A DNA stretch of 15,204 nucleotides from a virus, in IMG/VR virus record IMGVR_UViG_3300038974_000388, positions 1 to 15,204 of that record; one strand, given 5' to 3'. Below, one piece after another: positions 1-6,006 of this stretch. The notes beneath the pieces are model-generated. The model ran no database searches and had not been told where the DNA came from. It saw only the letters and a list, made by a program, of their open reading frames with translations. The position numbers were made by a program, and so were the translations under genes. Every line of letters begins with the position of its first letter. Positions within the stretch are counted from its first letter, which is position 1.

Positions 1-55
1 GGTTGAACTTCTCGCTCCAGGTATTTTCAGCCGATACGGAAATTTGCTTGATGAT
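1..55. repeat. Terminal direct overlap identical to 15150..15204 (circular closure of the sequence)
   Basis: The first 55 nt (GGTTGAACTT...GCTTGATGAT) recur exactly as the last 55 nt. A minus-strand ORF reads in frame across the join. Confidence 0.95.
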
Positions 56-61
56 CGCCAT
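1..61 (-). CDS. 5' end (ATG at 61..59) of a wrap-around 100-codon gene whose remainder is 14908..15204; small virion-module protein of unknown function
   Basis: AAGGAAGG RBS lies 6 nt upstream of the ATG (62-75). The frame continues into 15204..14908 once the 55-nt overlap is collapsed. Hand translation: MAIIKQISVSAENTWSEKFNLSGDTDGF...GPCLITVEQ. Confidence 0.7.
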   Translation of the reverse strand, partial: MAIIKQISVSAENTWSEKFN

Positions 62-106
62 TTTTTACCTTCCTTTTGGGATGGCGGGAGCCGTAGCCCC
101 CGCCTA

Positions 107-140
107 TATGGTATCATACCGTACCGTCCGGTATGGTATG
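107..140. repeat. GGTAY/GTACC motif cluster A in the intergenic gap between the 138-aa gene and the wrap-around gene
   Basis: ATGGTATCATACCGTACCGTCCGGTATGGTATG. The 13-mer GTACCGTCCGGTA (121-133) is identical to 8400-8412. Confidence 0.6.
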
Positions 141-149
141 TTTCACCTT

Positions 150-563
150 CTAGGCCTGGATATGGGCCTTGAAGTTGATGCCCGTCGCCACGGTGCCGGC
201 TACGGTCGTGTAGAGGCGGACATAAGGGTAAATGGTGCCCTTGTACTCGTTGCGGAAGGGGACCATGTACCGGCCCACGGTGCTGTCAGCATTGCCGCCG
301 ATGACCTCATTCGCCCCGAGGTTCAGACAAGCAAGCTCGACGATCACTTCGTCCCCGGTGGAGAAGTCGGACACGTCGCTTCCCTGAAGCGCAATGGAAT
401 AAAGCTCGGTCGCGTCGACCTCGATGGCGGACACGTCCACCACAAGGAAGCCTTCGACCAGGCCGGCGCCCACGTTGACGATCACGGCTTCGGAATCCAC
501 GGTTCCCGCTGCGGACTCGGCAACCAGGCCCGCGTCCTTCAGGATCATAGTGCTATCAATCAT
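150..563 (-). CDS. 138-aa head-module protein, possibly a capsid decoration/cement protein (function uncertain)
   Basis: Start trimmed to the ATG at 563, preceded by TAGGAGGTGG, in which the TAG is the capsid-gene stop. It lies immediately downstream of the major capsid gene. The sequence looks beta-rich, and I recognise no family motif. Confidence 0.45.
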   Translation of the reverse strand: MIDSTMILKDAGLVAESAAGTVDSEAVIVNVGAGLVEGFLVVDVSAIEVDATELYSIALQGSDVSDFSTGDEVIVELACLNLGANEVIGGNADSTVGRYMVPFRNEYKGTIYPYVRLYTTVAGTVATGINFKAHIQA

Positions 564-573
564 GGTCCACCTC

Positions 574-1491
574 CTAGGCGTTCTTGATGCCGCGCAGACG
601 TGCGGCGGCCTTCGGGTGAAAGACACCCATGCCACAAATCCACTCGATCAGGGTTTCGTACTTGGTGGAGTTCAGGCCCAGGTCCACCACGTCCATGGCT
701 CCCGCCTGGAGGCCGGACACCCACTCAGCCGCGCCGAAGCGGACGGCATAGATGGAGGTGCAAACGCTCTTGTCGCCGTTGTCCAGGTCGGGTTCGGTGA
801 AGCCGAGGATCTCGGCGCCGTCCTTGTCCTGCTCGATCACGGCAATGGGAATGCCCGCGTAGGCCGCAATCTGACGCCCGAAAGCATCGGAAACGGTTTC
901 CGTGGCCTGTCCAGCCGCCCGCATGAGCGCGTTCACCTTGCGGCGCATGGTCTTGTTCATGAACAGGACGTCCGGGGTTCCCTGGACTGCGTCGATCATT
1001 TCATCGAGCTTTGCCAAGGTCAGGGTGTCGCCGCCGTCGCTCGATCCCATGCTGATAAGCTGGTTCCCGGTCAGGCGCTCTTCAAGACCGTCGAACTCGT
1101 TGGGGTCGGTTTCGGAAGATCCCTTGAAGAACTTCTTCGTGAACTCCAGAGCCGCCGCCTTCGCCTTCATGCCGTCATAGGTGGCGCGAAGGTCGTTCAC
1201 GTTGCCCTGAGTCTTCACCAGGGCACGGTCCACGGCGCTGATGCCGCCCAGGACATACAGACGTTCGGTGACGGGGTTCAGAACGCCCGTGGACTCGGTA
1301 TAGCTGCCGTTGATGCCACGGAAGCCGATACCGGGAAGGGTCTTCTCCTGATTGTAGACGTAGGCCTGACCGTTCACGTTGAAGAACGGGAGGCGCTCCA
1401 GAACCGGAGACACTCGGGGGAAGATCTCGATCACGCCGCGCTGAAGCGGGTTCTGAACCAGCTTTGCGGCTTCCAAAAGAGTAATGCTCAT
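574..1491 (-). CDS. Major capsid protein (presumed HK97 fold)
   Basis: 305 aa, sitting directly after a scaffold-like gene and the portal. The stop of the upstream gene is embedded in its RBS (TGAGG). Size and synteny are typical of small-phage major capsid proteins. No search was run. Confidence 0.75.
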   Translation of the reverse strand: MSITLLEAAKLVQNPLQRGVIEIFPRVSPVLERLPFFNVNGQAYVYNQEKTLPGIGFRGINGSYTESTGVLNPVTERLYVLGGISAVDRALVKTQGNVNDLRATYDGMKAKAAALEFTKKFFKGSSETDPNEFDGLEERLTGNQLISMGSSDGGDTLTLAKLDEMIDAVQGTPDVLFMNKTMRRKVNALMRAAGQATETVSDAFGRQIAAYAGIPIAVIEQDKDGAEILGFTEPDLDNGDKSVCTSIYAVRFGAAEWVSGLQAGAMDVVDLGLNSTKYETLIEWICGMGVFHPKAAARLRGIKNA

Positions 1492-1502
1492 GTGAAATTA
1501 CC

Positions 1503-1898
1503 TCACTTTTTGCCGTATCCCTGCGCCATAATGGCTTGCGGGGACATGCCGTCGAAATTTACAGGCGGTTTCCCGCCAGGCCTCTTACTGTCTGGTCCAT
1601 TGGCTTGCTGATTCCCGCCGAAGACGCCCTTCTTGATCGCGGCCCGAAGCCACTTGATCTTCTGAGCCGGGGGAAGGTCCGGGATCACGTCGCGCATGTC
1701 CTCGGGGACCTCTTCCGCCAGCTCGACCGCGATTTCTTCGAGCGCCGCTTCCGCCACCTTCCGCTGATTGACCACCTGGTCGAAGCGGGACTTCGGAATC
1801 ATGTGTTCGCCTTTTTGGTCGGGTGCGTTTCCCGTGTTGCCTTGGACCTGGTCATTCACGCCGCTATCGGGGGCGCCGCCGTTCTGATCTTGAGTCAT
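1503..1898 (-). CDS. Scaffolding protein
   Basis: 131 aa, charged and helix-prone, lying between the portal and capsid genes. The IPKSRFDQVVNQRK segment resembles scaffold/GP20-type proteins. RBS AAAGGGGAAG. Confidence 0.6.
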   Translation of the reverse strand: MTQDQNGGAPDSGVNDQVQGNTGNAPDQKGEHMIPKSRFDQVVNQRKVAEAALEEIAVELAEEVPEDMRDVIPDLPPAQKIKWLRAAIKKGVFGGNQQANGPDSKRPGGKPPVNFDGMSPQAIMAQGYGKK

Positions 1899-1925
1899 GT
1901 CTTCCCCTTTTTCGCCGGGTAGGCG

Positions 1926-3230
1926 CTAAATTTTCGTTTCCAGAAATTCGCGGTTCTCGTCCTGGATCTCGACCAGGCGGACCTTGGCTTCATCCCGGGT
2001 CATGTCCGGGTTGCGCTCCAGCATGATGTCCACGGGACTGATGACGCCCATGGTCAAGAGCTGGTCCCAGGTCGCCGCCTGTTTATCCGCTGAAATGTTC
2101 GGCTTCTGGTCGAAGAAGTCGATCACGAGTTCGGCCTTCTCGCTAAACTTCCGTCCGGGGTTGTGATGGTTCCAGACGGTCTTGATCAGGCGGAAAAGCC
2201 GCCGTTCGTAGGCCCTGAAAAGTTCCACGTCGTCCCGACGCAATTCTTCCAGCTCGATGTTCCCGGCCACCTTCGCCACGCCGCTTTCATCGGTCGGGTC
2301 CGTGGTCAGGCTCGAAGCCGGAAGGCCATTGGACACCGCCGCTTGCTTCAGGAGGAAGTCCAGGACCTCCAAGGCCTCGGTCACGGGAGCGGACGTCTTC
2401 GCATAGCCAAGTTCACCGTCTGCGGGCAGATTGAAGAATCTCCCCGGGTCCACGTTCGTGAGTTCGCCCTTCATGCCCTTGACGTATCCGACGCCGAAGC
2501 CCTGCATCCGGAGCACATAGAGAAGGTCGGTCAGCTTCTCGTTGAAGGCCTCCTGGAGACTGACCAGGTCCGCCGCCCCCGGCGTCCAGTATGAATCAGT
2601 AGGAACGCGGTTCCATACGGTTTGATACGGTATGGTACCATACGGGTTGGGTTCGTTCTGTACCGGGTGCCCCCTGTAGTCGAGCCGCTGAAATTCCTTC
2701 GGCGTCCACAAGGAGTAGGTCAGTTCGTCTTCACGCCCGCTTTCCGGGTAGTGCGTGACCATGAAGGACTTCAGGTCCTCGGGAGAGTCCCCGACCGTTA
2801 CGTCGAGAATGTCCGGGGTCACCAGGTCCACGTCCAAGGCCCCATTTCGCCAGACGGGACGAAGCGCCACCAAGCCCAAGAGCTTGCTGTACCGGTTCGC
2901 CAGCTTCCACTTGGCCCCGAGCCAGGCCCCGCGCTCGATCTCCTGAAAGATCTCGTTGTCCCTGTCCGTCCCCTCGACCTTGCGCCGCGCATCCTGGACA
3001 TAGACCATTGCCAGACGGTTGATGACCTTCCGGACGATGTTCACAAAGCAAGGTGTCAGCTTGTCGGGGTCCGTGAAATGGAGCGCCAACGCTTCCTTGA
3101 TGTAGTCCGTCTGGAAGTCGTGGTAATAGTCCAGCCGCTTGGCCGCTTCCGTCTTCCGCTGTCTGGTGGCTTCCTGTATCGCCGCATTGAACGAGTCCCG
3201 GACCAGGTTTCCGGCTTGGGAAAAAATCAT
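1926..3230 (-). CDS. Portal protein
   Basis: 434 aa from the ATG at 3230 (RBS AGGAAGG). The 16-codon upstream extension in the ORF track lies in the repeat-rich intergenic region. The gene sits between terL and the scaffold gene, and its size is typical of a portal. Confidence 0.8.
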   Translation of the reverse strand: MIFSQAGNLVRDSFNAAIQEATRQRKTEAAKRLDYYHDFQTDYIKEALALHFTDPDKLTPCFVNIVRKVINRLAMVYVQDARRKVEGTDRDNEIFQEIERGAWLGAKWKLANRYSKLLGLVALRPVWRNGALDVDLVTPDILDVTVGDSPEDLKSFMVTHYPESGREDELTYSLWTPKEFQRLDYRGHPVQNEPNPYGTIPYQTVWNRVPTDSYWTPGAADLVSLQEAFNEKLTDLLYVLRMQGFGVGYVKGMKGELTNVDPGRFFNLPADGELGYAKTSAPVTEALEVLDFLLKQAAVSNGLPASSLTTDPTDESGVAKVAGNIELEELRRDDVELFRAYERRLFRLIKTVWNHHNPGRKFSEKAELVIDFFDQKPNISADKQAATWDQLLTMGVISPVDIMLERNPDMTRDEAKVRLVEIQDENREFLETKI

Positions 3231-3245
3231 GTTTGACCTTCCTTT

Positions 3246-3276
3246 GGTACCACTTGGTACCATACCATATAGTACC
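3246..3276. repeat. RGTACY motif cluster C upstream of the portal gene
   Basis: GGTACC at 3246 and 3256 (10-bp spacing) and AGTACC at 3271. A further GGTACG at 3306 falls inside the terL 3' end. Confidence 0.6.
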
Positions 3277-3293
3277 ATTCAACACCGTGTCAA
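3266..3293 (-). promoter_or_regulatory. Candidate sigma70-like promoter for the portal/head genes
   Basis: On the minus strand: TTGACA (3293..3288), a 16-nt spacer, then TATATG (3271..3266). RGTACY motifs overlap the -10 and the downstream region. Confidence 0.35.
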
Positions 3294-3294
3294 C

Positions 3295-4962
3295 CTATAT
3301 GGAACGGTACGATTTCACACCGCCGACATTCACCAAAGACTTGAAGAATTCCGGTAATGTAAGATCACTTTCTTCACGAATGGAACGGTGTTGAAGATAC
3401 ATTCCCTCACAACGCACATGAGCCGGACACTTCACGGCACAAGGAAGGATCAAGTCCCCCTGGCGAAGATAGCACATTGGCGCATGTCTTGACCGACTGT
3501 CGCAAATTATGTCCGGCAATTCATAGACCGCAAGTTCCCTTGCCCGAAGACTGTAAACCGCCCACGCCAACGAATAGACGCGGTCGTCGTGGTGCTTGTC
3601 CGTCCCGAACTTCGGCTTGTCGCCCTTGAGTTCATAGAAAAATGTCTCCATTTCCCGAACCAATTCTTCGTTCTTATCCGAGAAATGCAACCGCCCTTCC
3701 CGCACAATACGGTAAAGCTCCATGAAGGCCGGGACCTGAGCCGTAGAGGTCGCGTGAATGATCTCCGAGGGAATCCGCTGTTCCATGGCCCAGGTGGCTA
3801 TATCCTGCGCGTTGTAGGCCTCGATGACCACGTTCTTCAGGTCGTACTTCTCGAAGTCCCCTTGGATCTCCTTCTTGATCGACCGGCCCAAGCTCCCCAG
3901 GACGTTCTTCTGGTTCAATATCCAGAAATGAGGCTCCCCGCCGTCTGCGTCCGCCACCTTCGCAACCGAAGTCCATATCGTCGCGTCACCGTGGAGGCTC
4001 CCGAAATAGGCACGGTCAAGACCGCCGCCCGTCGCGTATTTCCGGCCCGCCGCTATGTCCTGCAAGCCCTCAGCCGTGAGAGGGTGCGGGATCTTCTCCC
4101 GGCAAGCCTGAATGTCCGGGACCGCGAAAAGACTATTCGCCGCCGCGCTGCGCTGGTTCAAATGCTGAGTTGCAAAGACCGCCGGCAAAAGCTGTTTCTG
4201 ACGGCTCCGGAGCCAAGCCCGATCAATCCAAGGCGGAGACTTCTCGACCGCCTCTTCGACGTCCCGGTACTCGATCCGGCGAACAAAGACCGTAGGGTCT
4301 TCCCCGGACTCCTGGAGCTGTTCCAGCCGATGAAGGGGACCGCCCACGCCGTCCACCGTCGAGTCGAGGAGCAACCAAGATCCTTCCGTATCGCCAAGAG
4401 ACGACGCCAAGACCTGCATAGGGTCTTCAGACGCCGCCGCGTGAATCTCCGACACCCAACCGCATGTCACCTTTTCGCCGTACAGGCCCGACACGTTGCA
4501 GGACACGGCCTGAATCACGTTCTGAAGTTTCGGGTGAAGGATGTCATAGGCCCTCAGGTTCTCCCGCCCGACCTGTCCCAGAAGGAAGGGGGTGTTCAGG
4601 ATGACCTTCTTGACCAGGTTGAAGCCTACGGAAAGGGTCTGGCGTTCGCTGTTCGCCATAACCTTGATGTTCTCGTTCGGCCCAAACAGGGTGAAGCGCC
4701 ATACAACCAGGAGCGCGTTCAAGGTCGTCTTCGAATGGCGCCGGGGGAAAGAGAAGGCTATCGTCTGGTGAAGCCACTTGCCCGAGTCGTCCCGCGCCAA
4801 CGCATCCCGGACCGCTTCGACCTGGAAGACCGCCGGCTTGAAGATCTCGAAGCCCCCCTTCTTGGACGGGATACGCGGCTTCACGTCTTCCACCCATTTG
4901 AGGAAGCCCTCAGCCCCCTGACGCCACGCTAGGACGTCCTTGGAGGTGAAGCCGGTACTCAT
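3295..4962 (-). CDS. terL: Terminase large subunit
   Basis: 555 aa from the ATG at 4962, which overlaps the stop of the upstream 58-codon ORF (ATGA). There is a Walker-A-like PRRHSKTT (4723-4746), and the C-terminal half is typical of a nuclease domain. The gene lies upstream of the portal. Confidence 0.9.
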   Translation of the reverse strand: MSTGFTSKDVLAWRQGAEGFLKWVEDVKPRIPSKKGGFEIFKPAVFQVEAVRDALARDDSGKWLHQTIAFSFPRRHSKTTLNALLVVWRFTLFGPNENIKVMANSERQTLSVGFNLVKKVILNTPFLLGQVGRENLRAYDILHPKLQNVIQAVSCNVSGLYGEKVTCGWVSEIHAAASEDPMQVLASSLGDTEGSWLLLDSTVDGVGGPLHRLEQLQESGEDPTVFVRRIEYRDVEEAVEKSPPWIDRAWLRSRQKQLLPAVFATQHLNQRSAAANSLFAVPDIQACREKIPHPLTAEGLQDIAAGRKYATGGGLDRAYFGSLHGDATIWTSVAKVADADGGEPHFWILNQKNVLGSLGRSIKKEIQGDFEKYDLKNVVIEAYNAQDIATWAMEQRIPSEIIHATSTAQVPAFMELYRIVREGRLHFSDKNEELVREMETFFYELKGDKPKFGTDKHHDDRVYSLAWAVYSLRARELAVYELPDIICDSRSRHAPMCYLRQGDLILPCAVKCPAHVRCEGMYLQHRSIREESDLTLPEFFKSLVNVGGVKSYRSI

Positions 4963-5135
4963 AGACCGAACCTCATGCAAAGACGCCCTAGGAAGCCCAG
5001 GCGCTTAAATAAGGCTATCTGGACGTGTCGAAGGATGATCTTGGTTGCAGGGGTCAGGAGGCGCTTAGGTACGCCCAAGGCGCGAAGCTCCCGTTCCATG
5101 TCCCGCTTCTCGAAGGTGTCCATGATCTTGATCAT
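4959..5135 (-). CDS. Untracked 58-aa ORF translationally coupled between terS and terL
   Basis: Hand translation: MIKIMDTFEKRDMERELRALGVPKRLLTPATKIILRHVQIALFKRLGFLGRLCMRFGL. Its ATG overlaps the terS TGA (ATGA at 5132-5135), and its TGA overlaps the terL ATG (ATGA at 4959-4962). A GGGGGG run lies 3 nt upstream of the start. Confidence 0.55.
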   Translation of the reverse strand: MIKIMDTFEKRDMERELRALGVPKRLLTPATKIILRHVQIALFKRLGFLGRLCMRFGL

Positions 5136-5620
5136 TCGCCCCCCTGGTTGCTGGCAATGTCCAGGACCGCGTCCGCCACATCGAGGACGCCGCCGTTCGA
5201 CTTCTGTTTCCGCTCGATCTTGATCAAGGCTTCAAGCGCCTTTGTCTGAGCCGCTTGGAACTTCGGGAAGTCCCGTGTCAGCATTTCGGGAATGACGCCG
5301 CCCTTCGAGACAAGCTCCCCTTGGTTCTCCTGGACGAAGTCGAGTATGGCCCTGTTCACCGTGGCATAGATCGCTATGTCGTGACGAAGGAGCGCCGCCG
5401 CCACCTTCTCGGGATCTTCTCCCAAGGCTTCCTTGACCGCGTTGAACTGCATCGCCGTCTTCGTGCGCTGGTCGAGGGTTCCTTCCTGAAGCGCCGCTAG
5501 GATACCGTCCACGTCCCGAGGCTTGCGCTTATTTCGGCCCACCTCTTCAGGAGCGCCCGCGCCGCGCCAAGTTCCATCCGGATTCCGAAGGCGTTCTTTT
5601 GGTTTCTTCCTGTTCGCCAT
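5132..5620 (-). CDS. terS: Terminase small subunit (putative)
   Basis: 162 aa from the ATG at 5620 (RBS AAAGGAAA). It has a basic N-terminus (MANRKKPKERLRN), lies directly upstream of terL, and is of typical size. The 83-codon upstream extension in the ORF track runs through the repeat region. Confidence 0.6.
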   Translation of the reverse strand: MANRKKPKERLRNPDGTWRGAGAPEEVGRNKRKPRDVDGILAALQEGTLDQRTKTAMQFNAVKEALGEDPEKVAAALLRHDIAIYATVNRAILDFVQENQGELVSKGGVIPEMLTRDFPKFQAAQTKALEALIKIERKQKSNGGVLDVADAVLDIASNQGGE

Positions 5621-5706
5621 GGTCGATAATTTCCTTTCCCTTCTGGTGTCAGTATTTTGACATAAGCCATTGAAATTCAAATTTAAATGATTGGTCCATC
5701 GTTTAA

Positions 5707-5995
5707 GGTATTTCCACTTTTCTTTCAGGTACTTGCGGAGTCGTGGCCCTTCGACCTGATCCGGGGGGACAAGGACACCTTTTTTCCTGTCCTTCTGGTG
5801 AAGGTACTCTTCCCGTCCTTCGGTACTCTGAAAGGTACTCAGTACTTTGGTACCTAAGTCCCTTCCCATTTCCCCTTCCCGTCCCCCTCTTAGGTACTCT
5901 GAAGGTACTCTGAAGGTACTCTGAAGGTACTATTCCCGAAAGGTACTGAAGGTACTCTCCCCTATAGGGGAGTACCGTACCTAACTCTGAGTACT
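5707..5995. repeat. Iteron-like RGTACY array with an 11-bp tandem block, a 16-bp palindrome and a C-run tract; candidate ori and/or pac region
   Basis: RGTACY hexamers start at 5728, 5803, 5822, 5834, 5841, 5849, 5893, 5904, 5915, 5926, 5942, 5951, 5971 and 5990. GGTACTCTGAA is repeated tandemly in 5893-5931. The perfect palindrome CTCCCCTATAGGGGAG is at 5957-5972. An AT-rich stretch at about 5640-5700 adjoins the array. Confidence 0.7.
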
Positions 5996-6006
5996 TAACG
6001 GAGTTC

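Noticed and set aside
1-55. Terminal repeats as transposon ends or biological long terminal repeats.
   Set aside because: The repeat is direct, exactly 55 nt (a common assembler k-mer overlap), and lies inside a CDS that is completed only by joining the ends. It therefore reflects circular closure. It cannot by itself distinguish a plasmid circle from circularly permuted packaged DNA.
5893-5931. Possible CRISPR array.
   Set aside because: The repeat period is only 10-11 bp with no unique spacers, and no cas genes are present. These are iteron-type tandem repeats.
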